64,000 nucleotides of DNA from contig NC_086097.1 of NCBI RefSeq assembly GCF_963921235.1, positions 55,430,001-55,494,000 of the forward strand, read 5' to 3'. Below, piece by piece: positions 48,463 through 61,890 of the stretch; position 1 is the stretch's first letter, and every line of letters starts with the position of its first letter. The position numbers and the translations under genes were made by a program. Source of the stretch: Mobula hypostoma. Its lineage: Eukaryota. The notes under the pieces are model-generated. The model was not told where the DNA came from, made no database searches, and worked only from the letters and a program-made list of their open reading frames with translations.

Positions 48463-51150
48463 TGAACAATTGAAAGAGGACAAGCAGGACATTTTGGAAA
48501 ATACTGTGAAAAATAATCCATTGTGGCTGTATCTCCACTATTCCTGGTTAATCTTTGAAAAGGTTTGGGGGAGGAGTGGGAGGGCAATGATCAAATTGGT
48601 GGGGAAATACAAGTTTCAGCATTGCAGATGGTGATTAATAATTGTTTTTTGGGTGCAGGTTTTAGAGGTGCCATTCAGAAAAGCCACAACTAAAGAGAAA
48701 AGTTATCCTATTATTCTAACCTATTTTGCTACAATTTGACCTTTGTATAGTTTTATAAGTTATATGGTTTTAATATATTGCATTATATGCTTGAATGGCC
48801 TGTCAAGATAAAGCTGTAAATCATTTTATGGCTATTGTGTAACCTTAGCAGTAAAGTATTATTTCAAAATGTTTTTCTTTTGGTAGGAATGTTTAGTAAT
48901 GACCTTCTCAGTCACTGTAATTTGGTTTAAATTCTCAGGTGTATAAGTAAATATTGAGAAGCTGAATTCTGCACAGAGATTAACAGCAAGGTGGATTTGT
49001 GTTTTCTACCTACTAGAGTACTCTTTACAAGCTTTAAAAATCCTTTAGAAAACTATTGCTGAAATTCTTTGCAATATTATGCTATGAAATTACTCTCATT
49101 TTTGAATGAAGGGATCAGCTGTGAAGTCTTACTCCAGTTTAAGGTACACAGGGAAATATTGTGACAATTTAACTGAAACAATTAAGAATTTTTTTTACCA
49201 GTTACCTTTTATGATTTGTAGTAATATCTTTAATGTGACATCAAATACTATTTATAGTACTAATAATTGCTGGTGTTCAAGTTACTTAAATTGCCCATGT
49301 TCTATTTTATATCTATTTTAAATATAGCAAACTGCAAATACCTGCGTAAGTATCTGTATCGATGACAGAATTTTTAATTAAAAGTACAATTGAGCAGCAT
49401 GATTATGAACAGGATCTTAGCTACGAGCATGCCTTGATGGCAGGTTATAATATTCCAAAATCTTTCCAACTTCTGTAAAGCAAAGGTTATCCCGAATTTA
49501 AAATAGTACAACAGCTGAATCACAATTAAATTATTTATTTATAATGCAAATGTAGCATTTTAAGCCACTCATTGAAATGTTTGCTAATATTTCTCCAGGG
49601 TTATTTTGCTATTCTTGTGGGGAAAACACATAGTCTAGTATGTATGAAAATTGAGATGTAACTTGGTAAATATTACATTTACCATAGTAAATAGCCAAGG
49701 TCATTGATTCAGGATTCAAATACAGGCATTTTTTTCTTCTTTGACTGTTTACTTTGATGTGTTTTTGATAGATCTATACAAGATACTATTATCTTCAAAA
49801 TATGCTTTTGAAGCAAAACTAAACAAAAATCTCTCATGACAGATTGGAAACCTATCTTGATTTACAGTACTGTGCAAAAGTCTTAGGCACCCTAGATTTT
49901 TTATGTGGCTTCAGCGAAAGTCTGTAGAAGAACTGCAGCAAGTTTTCCAAATGCTTGGAACATCCTACCAGCCTCTTTTCTTATAAAATTGCAGGACAGT
50001 GTACCTAAGAGAACTGATGCAGTTTTGAGGCAAAGGATGGTCACACCAAATATTGATTTGATTTAGTTTTTTACTTTTTACTGTTCTTTATAGTCATTGT
50101 TTTGGTATTTAGAAACTTTTCATTTTTTTTTTACATGTGCCTAAGATGTTGCACGGTACTGTATAAAACTTTGTTTTGGTCTGTATTATGCTTGCGATAC
50201 TTCCTAGCGGTTAAGAAACAAATTTGCATATCTGGCCATTATGGATTTCTTGTTGATACAAACTGATATAATTTTTTAGTTTGCTTATTATGTACAGAAT
50301 AATTTGGAGACTTGAGTATTAACATGTCCTTCTAAATGTGGCATTATTATTGCCATTTTCCTTATCTTAGTTTGGACTAAAGGTCAAGTAACAAGATTTT
50401 ACCCTTTTAAGAACTTGTGCTTTAATCTTCAACTATCATTGGTACTTTCCACTAATGGTGGAAAATATGTTCATGGAAATTCAGTAAAGATTAATATATT
50501 TACTCTCCATTTTTTAACATTACTGATTGTATGTAATTTAACTGTTACAACATGTTAAATAGAAGTACATAAGGGATTATTGGGCTTGACCTTTATTTAA
50601 TTACACTAAGCATATAGAAAGATTAACCCCTGAATGTCTAGGTATTATAGTGAAATATTGAGCACTCAGCAATACCATTATAAATCTTGCAGAGGAAGTA
50701 TTACAAAATAATCGATTCTTGCAAAATTGTTGAAAAAGTTCATGTAGAAATTGTCAGTATTCAACATAAATGTTAATCTTGTCACATGAACTGCAACAAA
50801 TCCTACTTGTAAGAACAATACAAATTTTAAAATTGCAATTGTCAGTGAAAGGATCACCTTTTGATTATTTTTATCAATTGTCACATCAATGTTAATTTAT
50901 GAAGAGCTTTCTGATTAAAATTTCAGGATATTGCTTCTTAAAGTATCCACTATTGAAAATTCCCTAGTTAAAATATAAATAAGTAAAGCTTGGTTTGGTA
51001 AAATTCTTGCTGGTGCCTCAGTTGCTAACTGATTTATTGTGATGTATCACATGCTAATAAAGGCATTTTCTGAGATACTTGTGAATTGCATACATTTTAT
51101 TTTAATTTGGGTTACTGTGTTGCATTATTGTGTTTATACTTAGCAATAAA
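48463..51150 (+). promoter_or_regulatory. Probable PELI2 3' UTR with candidate poly(A) signals
   Basis: AT-rich, nearly repeat-free stretch after the stop codon. AATAAA at 51056-51061 and 51145-51150; overlapping ATTTA motifs at 49531-49543. The end point is inferred. Confidence 0.55.
49865..50161 (+). mobile_element. 297-bp Tc1-derived MITE in the probable 3' UTR
   Basis: TA-flanked; TIR CAGTACTGTGCAAAAGTCTTAGGCAC / GTGCCTAAGATGTTGCACGGTACTG; remnant of a Tc1 C-terminus (...KDGHTKY*). Confidence 0.88.
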
Positions 51151-51999
51151 CAAGATGCAGGTTGTAAGAGCTATTGAGATTTCAACATATTTAAAAACTT
51201 CATGCTATTCACAGCTGTAGGGAATATGATATTCCTTAAATAGTGAGAAGGGATAACTTTGAAAATATTATGTCTGAAAACATTACTTTTGCCAACACAG
51301 TGGCAAAATTGACAAACCTTTCCCTATCTTTGATCATCAAAGGTAAAATGTGAAAGTAATTTTAAGTTTCAGTTAAAGCCTCAAGAAAACAATAATTGAG
51401 CAGCCATGATTTTTTTAATCTCATGTTTGTTTATTTCACAGGGTAAGATTTTTGGTGACTGATTTGATTGTTAAATGTTTTACAGCACCATCAAAAGTTA
51501 AAATTGACCCTTTGAAAATATCAACTTTGGTTTGTACATATACCATTCTTAAAAATGAAAATCTATCCATAGCTATCTTAGATCAAACGTATTCCTCATG
51601 CTATTTAATTTGAATCAAAGTGAATTGTATTATCTGTCTCTTGGTTCTTCTATGTATTACTAAAGCTAAAAAATTCACTCCCATAATTCAATATTTTGTA
51701 CTTTTCTGATGGGATCTCTTTGAGCACTGTCCTCTGCATCTGAAATCTTCATTTCGTTTAAATTAATCTATTTGTCTAATTGCAAAATTATTTTAGTATT
51801 TTTGAAAACATTTTGGTTATTCAAAGTTTTATATGTTATTATCCTGCTGATAATTTTGCTCAACACCAAGAACAATTCAAATATTCTGAGATGATCCTTG
51901 TGAAACTTAGGCATTTATATATGCTATAGATATGCTGAGAGAAAAGTATTTTGAATACAGTCAGAAATAGGGGAACTTGTGTGGGAGCAAAGTAATGGA

Positions 52000-53540
52000 A
52001 GACTAAATACATCATGCAGAAGAACATAAATAATCTCCCAGGCATGCAGAAATCACAGTGAGAGGGAGGAGCCGTATGAAATCAGTATTTGGAGGGTAAT
52101 AGTGTAAGGAAAATTCGACAATTAAAGACGAATAAATCATCAGGGTTCAATAGTCTTTGTCCCAGGATATTTAAAGAAATAGCCCAAATATCCACCAATA
52201 TATACATCGGTGGGTATTTCTATCATTCCTCAGACCCTGGAACTACTCCAATGGACTGGAAGGAAACTAATATAACTCCAATATTTAAAAAAATGGAAGT
52301 AAAGTGAAAACAGGGAACTGTGGACCAGTTAGCAACATTAGTTATAGGGAAATACTAGAGTCAATTATAAAATATGTCGAAGTGGAACACTGAGAGAAGA
52401 ATGACGGTCCAGACAATGTCAACATAGATTTGTGAAATGGAAATCATGAAGGATATATCTTCTGGAATGTTTTAGGGTATAACTTGCAGAAAAGATGAGA
52501 CAGAATCAGTAAATGTGGCATACATATTTGGACTTAATGAAAGATTTTTATGGCATCCTACTTAAGAGATCAACATACAAAATTAAAGTACAAAGGTGCT
52601 AATATGGATAGAAAATTGGTAAGATACAAATAGAAAGAATAATGAGTCATTTTTGAATGGCAGGTAGTTATAGTGAGGTAACATTGGGATCAGTTTTGAG
52701 ATCTCAGCTATCTGTGATACTTATCAATGGTTTGGATTAGGGAATTTATTTATGATTTGGATGAAGATTGTGAAATACCTTCAAGTTAGTAGATGATGCA
52801 AAGCTGGGTGGAAGCTGACCCTTGAGAAGGATTGAATGAATTCCATGGTTGATTTGGACAAGTTGAGGCAATGAGCAAACTTGACATGCAGTATAATAAA
52901 TATGAGGAAGGCAGATTATTATCTGAATGGTGGTAGTTTGGGAAGAGGAGTGGTGTCCTTGTGCACATGTTGCTGATGGTAAACATCTTGCTGCTGCAGG
53001 CAATTAAGAGTGTGTTATGTGCTGGGCTTCATAGCAAGAGATTTCAAGTATAAGAACAAGAATGTCTTGCTGCAATTATATGTGACCTTAGTGAGACTGC
53101 ACCATGACTATTATGTGCATCCTTGATTTTCTAATGGAAGGGTGTCTTTACTATGGTTCACCTTGTCTGGTGTGTTTACTATGAATTAAGTTTCACCAGA
53201 CTGTTTCCTGGAAGGCAGCACTAAAATACGAGGAGAGATTGGGTTGATTGGGATTATTTTCACTAGAGTTGTAAAGAATGAAAGGGGATTTCAGACACCT
53301 GCAAGATTCTAATGGGACTGCACAGATGCAGGAAAAACGTTCCTATTGGCCAGTGTGTTCAGAACCAAGGATGACAATCTACAGATAAGGAGGTAAGACA
53401 TAGGACTGAGATAAGAAGATACTTCATAGCAAAGAATGGTAAACCTGTGAAATTCTCCACCACAGAAAGCAGTTGAAGACAATTATTTAAATATATTCAA
53501 GAAGAAGTTAGATATTTTTCTTAGGGCTGGATGCATCAGG
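52000..53540 (+). mobile_element. Old CR1 ORF2 and 3' fragment
   Basis: PMDWKETNITPIFKK, decayed DDAKLGG and VLLQLYVTLVRL motifs. Confidence 0.75.
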
Positions 53541-54539
53541 GTAGGCATCATTTGTAGGTAAGCATAATAATTACCAGATCCTCCTCCATTTTTAGAAATG
53601 AATCACTTATATGGTTTGATAACAAAAGTGTGAAAAAGATGTCATTTTAAAAAATATATATTTTTGGATATGACATCACTGACAACACTAGCATTAATTG
53701 TCTCTTAATTGACCTTGCGAAGATGTTGTTGAGCTATCTTTTTGTATTACTGCAGTCTTTCGGGGGAAAATATTTTTGCAATGTCATGGGAACTGAGTAT
53801 TGCAGGTTTGGGAGATATTGTTGGAATAAACTAGCTGTGTAAATGCATTGCAAAATCTTATATGTTTTGTGTATCTTATTATTCTAAACTTTAGACATCA
53901 TCTTTCCTCACTGGTCAAATCCTTCATCCCAGAAATCAGTCAAGTAAACCTTTCTGCACCACTTCAAAAGTAAGTCTATCCCTCCTTAAATAAGAAAGCT
54001 AAAATTGTGTAAAATACTCCAGATGTGCGCACACTTAGTATAACTGTAGCAAGATTTTTTATTCTTGTACTTCATTTCTCTTATAGATGATAACTTGCTA
54101 TACTTGAATACAAACTTATGGTGTTTCTTGTCTCTCTGAATATCAATGTGTAATATCTTCATACCATTTAATTAATATTTAAATTTTTAATCTTTTATCC
54201 ACTAAAGTGATGACCACTCTCCTGTTAGACTGTTTGTGGTTAACTTATTTCTTATTCTTTCTACTTCCCTTCTAATATTTATATCTGTGCACTTGTAATG
54301 CTACTGTGACACTGATTTCCTTTGAGGTCAATAAAGTATCTATCTATCTAACCTCAAACTTCTTCATACTGTACAATATCTGCCATTTTTGTACTCACTC
54401 ACTAAACCTGTTCATATCCCTTTGCTGATTTGTGTTCTTCACAGTTTATCATTTATTTTTGTGTTACAAGCAAACCTGATGCATTAAATTCCATTCCTCC
54501 ATTTAAGTCATTAATATGGACTATAAATATGCAATTTTA

Positions 54540-56183
54540 CCAGTGCCTAAGAAGAGTTGTAAGTTGTCTTAATGACAATCGTCCAGTAGCACACACATCT
54601 ACAGTGATGAAATGCTTTGAGAGGTTGGTCATGGCTAGAATGAACTGCCTCAGCAAAGAACTGGACTCACTGCAATTTGCCTATCACCACAATAGGTCTA
54701 CTGCAGATGCAATTTCAATGGCTCTTCACATGGTCTTAGATTACCTGAACAGTTCAAACACCTATGTCAGGATGCTGTTCACTGACTATAGCTCGGGATT
54801 TAACACCATCATTCTCACAGTCCTGTTCGATAAGCTACAGAACCTGGGCCTCTGTACCTCCCTCTGCAATTGGATCCTCGACTTCCTAATTGGAAAAACA
54901 CAATCTATGTGGATTGGTGATAATATCTCCTCCTCGCTGACAGTCAACACTGGCACACCTCAGGGGTGTGTGCTTAGCCCACTGCTCTACTCCCTCTATA
55001 CCCGTGACTGTGTGGCTAAGTATAGCTCAAATGCTATCTATAAATTTGCTGAAGATGCAACTATTGTTGGTAGGTGTAGAAGCCTGAAGGCACACACTCA
55101 GTGACTCAGGAACAGCTTCTTCCCTTCTGCCATCCGATTCCTAAATGGACATTGAATCTTTGGACACTACCTCACTTTTTGTAATATACAGTATTTCTGT
55201 TTTTGCATGTTTTAAAAAATCTATTCAATATATGTAATTGATTTACTTGTTTATTTATTATTTAAAAAAATTTATTACATTTTTTCCTCTCTGCTCGATT
55301 GCATTGAGCTGCTGCTGCTAAGTTAACAATTTCAAGTCACATGCCGGTGATAATAAACCTGATTCTGATAGAATCTCAGATTGAGTTGAGAGTGCATGCA
55401 AGAGCGAGATATACTGGCTAGTTGAGTAGTATTGCAGCAACAACCACGCACTCAGTAAGGTGAAAGAGCTGATTGTGGACTTCAGGGAGGATAAGATGAT
55501 GGAACACGAACCAATCCTCAGAGGGATCAGAAGTGGAGAGAGTGAGCAATTTCACGTTCCTGGGTGTCAAGATCTCTGAGGATCTATCCTGGTCCCAACG
55601 TATCAATGCAGCTATAAAGAAGGCAAGACAGTGGCTAGATTTCATTAGGAGTTTGAAGAAGTTTGGTTTGTCACCTAAAAACACTCAAAATCTTCTATAG
55701 ATGTACCATGGACAGCATTCTGACAGGCTGCATCACTGTCTGGTATGGGGGGAGAGACTACTGCACAGGACCAAAAGAAGCTACAGAAAGTTGTAAAATT
55801 AGTCAGCTCCATCTTGGATACTGGCCTCTGTAGTATCCAAGATGTAGTGCCTCAGAAAGGTGGTGTCTATTATTAAGGACCCCTATCACCCACTTTTATT
55901 ATTGTTACCATTAGGAAGGAGGTACAGAAGCCTGAAGGCACACACACAATGATTCAGGAACAGCTTCTTCCCCTCTGCAATATGATTTCTAAATGGGCAT
56001 TGAACCCATGAACACTACCTCACTTTTTAAAATATATATTATAACTATATATCTATATGTATGTATTTACTGCAATTGATTTACTTATTTTTTTCTATGT
56101 TGTTATGTATTGCATTGTACTGATGCTGCTGTTAACAAATTTCATGACAAATGCTGGTGATAATAAACTTGATTCTGATTCTG
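54540..56183 (+). mobile_element. Rex1/Babar-like RT fragment with a nested 3' end of the same family (~55074-55368)
   Basis: [35 protein letters not shown]; tails AATAAAC(C/T)TGATTCTGA. Confidence 0.9.
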
Positions 56184-56267
56184 AAAGAGTTGAAGTCTCT
56201 GCACTGATCCCTAATGCATTCACTAGCTAATTGCTTGTTGATCTGTAAATTATCCTTTTATTGCTAC

Positions 56268-56950
56268 TGTGAGGGGATCCAGGAGTGCCCCTATTAATTG
56301 TTTGAAGAGAGACAGAGAGAGACATTTATCATTGATGGTTTGTTTGGAAAGGAGAGAGAGACAGAGTTATTTACCACTGATATGTTGCTTTTGAAAAGAG
56401 AGAGAGTAATGAAGATTAATGGTTGGACTGTCACTTTAAGGCATTGGAAGTAACTTTGGATTTCTACTGAGTCTGGAGTTGGAGACAGCACCGAGCAGCT
56501 CGAAGGTTGCTATGATGACCAAAGGCTGGTTGTTGATGTTACTTCCAAGGACTGGTTGCCTGCTTGCGCACTCCTTTACAGACAAAGGAAGGAGGGACTC
56601 TTTGAGTGACAGGTGATGCTTAGCCTGGTGAAATAAATGGGAGGTCAGATGATACAGACCTCAGGACACATGATCTGGACACTGAAGGAGCATTGTGTGC
56701 CCGCAGAGAAAGTGGGTTTTGGAGGATCGATCAGGCGGTTCGATCCAACTTGCTATTCCAGTTTGAGGAGAAGGGGTTGACTGGTGGGGAGTTGTCTGTG
56801 TGTCCACCCTCGCCTGGGTGATAGCTCCACCACAGAAGACCGGTCTCCCTGGTTAAAGTCACAGTCGATGACTTGTAAAGGACTTTGGAGGACGACGAGA
56901 AGATCGACGGCATCAGCTCACCTGAAAACTCAACTAACTAACTAACTCTC

Positions 56951-56999
<49 letters not shown>

Positions 57000-57281
57000 C
57001 CCCCCCAACTAATTACCACGAACTGAACTGAACTGAACTTTACTCAACATCGTAAGACTGTATCTTTTTACCCCTAGACTTAAAGAAGCTTGGTTTTTCA
57101 TACATATATAGATTCCACACTTACTTATATATATAATCATTACTAACCTGTTTGATTTATCTACATTTATGTTACTGTATTGCGTAGTTACTAATAAATA
57201 TTATTAGTTTATAGCAATACAAGACTCCAAAGTGGTTTCTATTTCTGCTGGTTCTTTATTCCCGTCACGGAGTACGTGACA
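56268..57281 (+). mobile_element. Solo LTR (1014 bp) containing a (CT)n tract
   Basis: TGTGA...TGACA termini; 4-bp TSD CTAC (56264-56267 / 57282-57285); AATAAA near 57193. Confidence 0.85.
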
Positions 57282-57534
57282 CTACCATTACTGAAACCTT
57301 TGCATGTTCCCATTTATTCATTTCAACTTCATGAATCTTTAGCATGTAACCTTATGTGGCTCCTTGTTAATACGGTCTAGAAATCCAAGTACTCTCTATC
57401 TTTTCTCTAACTTTTATCTGACCTGCTGCTTATTTCCTGAAATAACTTTAGGATTTTTGATAAGGCATGATTTCCCTTCCATAATACAGTATTACTTTGT
57501 TTAATATATGAAACAGAGACACCTCTTTCTCCCT

Positions 57535-57880
57535 TATTAGGGAGAGAAAGAGCCTGTGGTATATTGAATACCAGGTGAATGAGTAGTTTTTGGGGTACTG
57601 CAAGTCTGTGTCTTTGCTGCACGCTTGAGTGCTCGGTGGTGGGTGCCAATGCTTTTTTTTTGCTGGTGGGGGGAGTGGGGATCATTGCTTGCTGCCGCTT
57701 CCTTGTGGGAGGGAGGGGAGCTGGGGGGACTTTGGGGTTCTAACATTTAACTGTCATTCATTCTTTGGGGGCACTCCTCTGTTTTCGTGGATGGTTGTGA
57801 AGAAAAAGCATTTCAGGATGTATATTGTATACATCTCTCTGACATTAAATGTACCTTTGAAAAACTTTGAACTTTGAATA
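57535..57880 (+). repeat. 3' part of the non-coding retroposon family also seen at 17834-18745
   Basis: Direct sequence match in reverse complement; tail ACTTTGAACTTTGAA. Confidence 0.75.
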
Positions 57881-58069
57881 TTTTCTTAAGTGAGTTACCA
57901 CGTATTTAATAATTAATTCTAACCTTATATGAACAAGTGTTATTTGACTAACTGACCTGAAATATCTTGTTTTCTTTCAGCTTTCCTTTCTGAATAGTGA
58001 AGTTAAATTTGTTCTTTTCTAATCTTCTGGGGTCTGTCTGGAACATAATTATACAATTATGTTCCAGAA

Positions 58070-59635
58070 CGAAGGCAATAATTATACCAGTGCCTAAGAA
58101 GAATAACATGGGCTTCCTTAATTTCTATCGCCCGGTAGCACTCACATCGACAGTGATGAAATGTTTTGAGAGGTTGGTCATGACTAGACTGAACTCCTGT
58201 CTCAGCAAGGACCTGGACCCACTGCAATTTGCCTATCGCCACAAAAAGTCAATGGAAGATGCAATCTCAATGGCTCTCCACATGGCTTTAGACCACCAGG
58301 ACACCACAAACACCCATGTCAGGATGTTGTTCATCGACTATAGCTCAGCATTTAACCCCATTATTCCCACAATCCTGATTTGAGAAGTTGCAGAACATGG
58401 GCCTCTGTACCTCCCTCTGCAATTGGATCCTTAACTTCCTAACCATAAGACCACAATTTGTGCGGATTGGTGAGTCACAGAATACACGTGGACTAAGATG
58501 TTAACTGTCCTGTGCTATCACCAGTGGGATCATCAGTTGATCTGCCACCTGCCTTCAGGAGTTTCGGCCCACTTATGATCAAGACTCCCTCAAGGTGGTG
58601 ATAACATATCCTCCTTGCTGACGATCAAAACTGGCGCACCTCAGGGGTGTGTGCTTAGCCCACTGCTCGACTCTATAAACACACGACTGTGTGGCTAGGC
58701 ATAGCACAAATACCATCCATAAATTTGCTGACAATACAGCCATTGTTGGTAGAATCTCAGGTGGTGATGGGAGGGTGTACAGGAGTGAGATATGCCAACT
58801 AGTGGAGTGGTGTTGCAGCAACAACCTGGCACTCAACGTCAGTAAGACGAAAGAGCTGATTGTGGACTTCAGGAAGGGTAAGACGAAGGAACACATACCA
58901 ATCCTCATAGAGGGATCAGAAGTGGAGAGAGTGAGCGGTTTCAAGTTTCTGGGTGTCAAGATCTCTGAGGATCTGGCTTTTACCTACATATTGATGTAGA
59001 TATAAAGAAGGCAATATAGCAGCTATACTTTATTAGTAGTTTGAAGAGATTTGGTATCTCTTCGAAACCTTCTTCTATAGTTGTACCGTGGAGAGCATTC
59101 TGACAGGCTGCATCACTGTCTGGTATGGAGGGGCTACTGTACAGGACTGAAACAAGCTGCAGAAGGTTTTAAATCTAGTCAGCTCCATTTTGGGTACTAG
59201 CCTACAAAGTACTCAGAACATCTTCAGGGAGCGGTGTCTCAGAAAGGCAGCTTCCATTATTAAGGACCTCCAGCACCCAGGGCATGCCCTTTTCTCACTG
59301 TTACCATCAGGTAGGAGGTACAGAAGCCTGAAGGCAAAAACTCAGTGATTCAAGAACAGCTTCTTCCCCTCTGCCATCCGATTCCTAAATGGACATTGAA
59401 TCTTTGGACTTTACCTCGCTTTTTTAAAATATACAGTATTTCTGTTTTTGCATGTGTTTTTAATCTATTCAATATATATATACAGTAATTGATTTACTTA
59501 TTTTTAAAAAAATTTTATTTATTACTATATTTTTCTCTGCTAGTTTATGTATTGCATTGAACTGCTGCTGCTAAGTTAACAAATTTCACATCACATTCTA
59601 GTGATAATGAACCTGAATCTGATTCTGATTCTGAT
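58070..59635 (+). mobile_element. Rex1/Babar-like LINE 3' half
   Basis: [49 protein letters not shown]; tail (GATTCT)n. Confidence 0.92.
58474..58595 (-). mobile_element. 122-bp HERO-like (subfamily B) 3'-end insertion inside the Rex1 RT
   Basis: Reverse complement of ~42875-42992; TGGTGA duplicated at 58468-58473 and 58596-58601. Confidence 0.88.
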
Positions 59636-59972
59636 TAACTTTGGAAGATGGTAAATGTTCTCTGCATCCCCCTCCTTAATAACTCATGAAGATACAAGGT
59701 ATTTATGAGCCCTGGCCCTGTTAGAGAAAGTATATTAGGCAAACTACGCTTTCAACTTCCTCACTCTGTTGCCCCTCAGCTATCAACTGTTTTTACTACA
59801 CTTATAACAAATACAACGTGTATACATCTTTTTAACTATTTCATTATTCACTATATTAATCTCCTCGGCTCAGCTTTCATAGAAGAAGCATTAACTTTGC
59901 TGCATGCTTTACTCCAGAAGCACCTACAATCTATTTTTGTATTCAGAACATAGAACAGTCTCTCACAGGAAC

Positions 59973-61890
59973 TCCTGCCCCACCGAACTCGTTTCTGCAT
60001 ACCTCGACAGGGTTTTATCCCCCCTTGATCAATCCCTTCCTACCTATGTTCGTGACACTTCTCACACTCTTAAACTTTTCGATGATTTTAAGTTCCCTGG
60101 CCCCCACCGCTTTATTTTCACCATGGATGTCCAGTCCCTATATACTTCCATCCCCCATCAGGAAGGTCTCAAAGCTCTGCACTTCTTTTTGGATTCCAGA
60201 CCTAATCAGTTCCCCTCTACCACCACTCTGCTCAGTCTAGCGGAATTAGTCCTTACTCTTAATAATTTCTCTTTTGGCTCCTCCCACTTCCTCCAAACTA
60301 AAGGTGTAGCTATGGGCACCCGTATGGGTTCCAGCTATGCCTGCCTTTTTGTTGGCTTTGTGGAACAATCTATGTTCCGTGCCTATTCTGGTATCTGTCC
60401 CCCACTTTTCCTTCGCTACATCGACGACTGCATTGGCGCTGCTTCCTACACGCATGCAGAGCTCGTTGACTTTATTAACTTTGCTTCCAACTTTCACCCT
60501 GCCCTCAAATTTACCAGGTCCATTTCCGACACCTCCCTCCCCTTTCTAGATCTTTCTGTCTCTGTCTCTGGAGACAGCTTATCCACTGATGTCTACTATA
60601 AGCCTACTGACTCTCACAGCTATCTGGACTATTCCTCTTCTCACCCTGTCTCTTGCAAAAACGCCATCCCCTTCTCGCAATTCCTCCATCTCCGCCGCAT
60701 CTGCTCTCAGGATGAGGCTTTTCATTCTAGGACGAGGGAGATGTCTTCCTTTTTTAAAGAAAGGGGCTTCCCTTCCTCCACTATCAATTCTGCTCTTAAA
60801 CGCACCTCCCCCATTTCACGTACATCTGCTGTCACTCCATCCTCCCGCCACCCCACTAGGAATAGGGTTCCCCTGGTCCTCACCTACCACCCCACCAGCC
60901 TCCGGGTCCAATATATTATTCTCCGTAACTTCCGCCACCTCCAACAGGATCCCACCACTAAGCACATCTTCCCCCCCCCCCGCATTCTGCAGGGATCGCT
61001 CCCTACGCGACTCCCTTGTCCATTCGTCCCTCCCATCCCTCCCCACTGATCTACCTCCTGGCACGTATCCGTGTAAGCGGAACAAGTGCTACATATGCCC
61101 TTACACTTCCTCCCTTACCACCATTCAGGGCCCCAAACAGTCCTTCCAGGTGAGGCAACACTTCACCTGTGAGTCGACTGGGGTGATATACTGCGTCCAG
61201 TGCTCCTGATGTGGCCTTTTATATATTGGCAAGACCCAACGCAGACTGGGAGACCGCTTCGCTGAACACCTATGCTCTGTCTGCCAGAGAAAGCAGGATC
61301 TCCCAGTGGCCACACATTTTAATTCCACATCCCATTCCCATTCTGACATGTCTATCCACGGCCTCCTCTACTGTAAAGATGAAGCCACACTCAGGTTGGA
61401 GGAACAATACCTTATATTCCGTCTGGGTAGCCTCCAACCTGATGGCATGAACATCAACTTCTCTAACTTCCACTAATGCCCCACCTCCACCTCGTACCCC
61501 ATCTGTTACTTATTTTTATACACACGTTCTTTCTCTCACTCTCCTTTTTCTCCCTCTGTCCCTCTGAATATACTGCTTGCCCATCCTCTGGGTCCCCTCC
61601 CCCCCGTCTTCCCATGATCCTCTCGTATCCCTTTTGCCTATCACCTGTCCAGCTCTTGGCTCCATCCCTCCCCCTCCTGTCTTCTCCTATCATTTTGGAT
61701 CTCCCCCTCCCCCTCCAACTTTCAAATCTCTTACTCACTCTTCCTTCAGTTAGTCCTGACGAAGGGTCTCGGCCTGAAACGTCGACTGCACCTCTTCCTA
61801 GAGATGCTGCCTGGCCTGCTGCGTTCACCAGCAACTTTTATGTGTGTTGCTTGAATTTCCAGCATCTGCAGAATTCCTGTTGTTTGCATT
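59973..61890 (+). mobile_element. Young 5'-truncated Penelope-like element (RT, Cys-rich linker, GIY-YIG endonuclease; Neptune-like)
   Basis: TMDVQSLYTSIP, GVAMGTRMG, RYIDD, LPFLD, CKRNKCYIC, GVIYC...LYIGKT...RFAEH; 10-bp TSD TCACAGGAAC (59963-59972 / 61891-61900). Confidence 0.94.
61751..61788 (+). ncRNA. Minimal type I hammerhead ribozyme of the Penelope-like element
   Basis: TAGTC-CTGACGA-AGGGTCTCGGCCT-GAAAC-GTC^GACTG; stem III reduced to palindromic ACGT. Confidence 0.85.

Noticed and set aside
56946..57040. (CT)n and (GAACT)n short repeats
   Set aside because: Ordinary microsatellites inside an LTR; no repeat-spacer structure.
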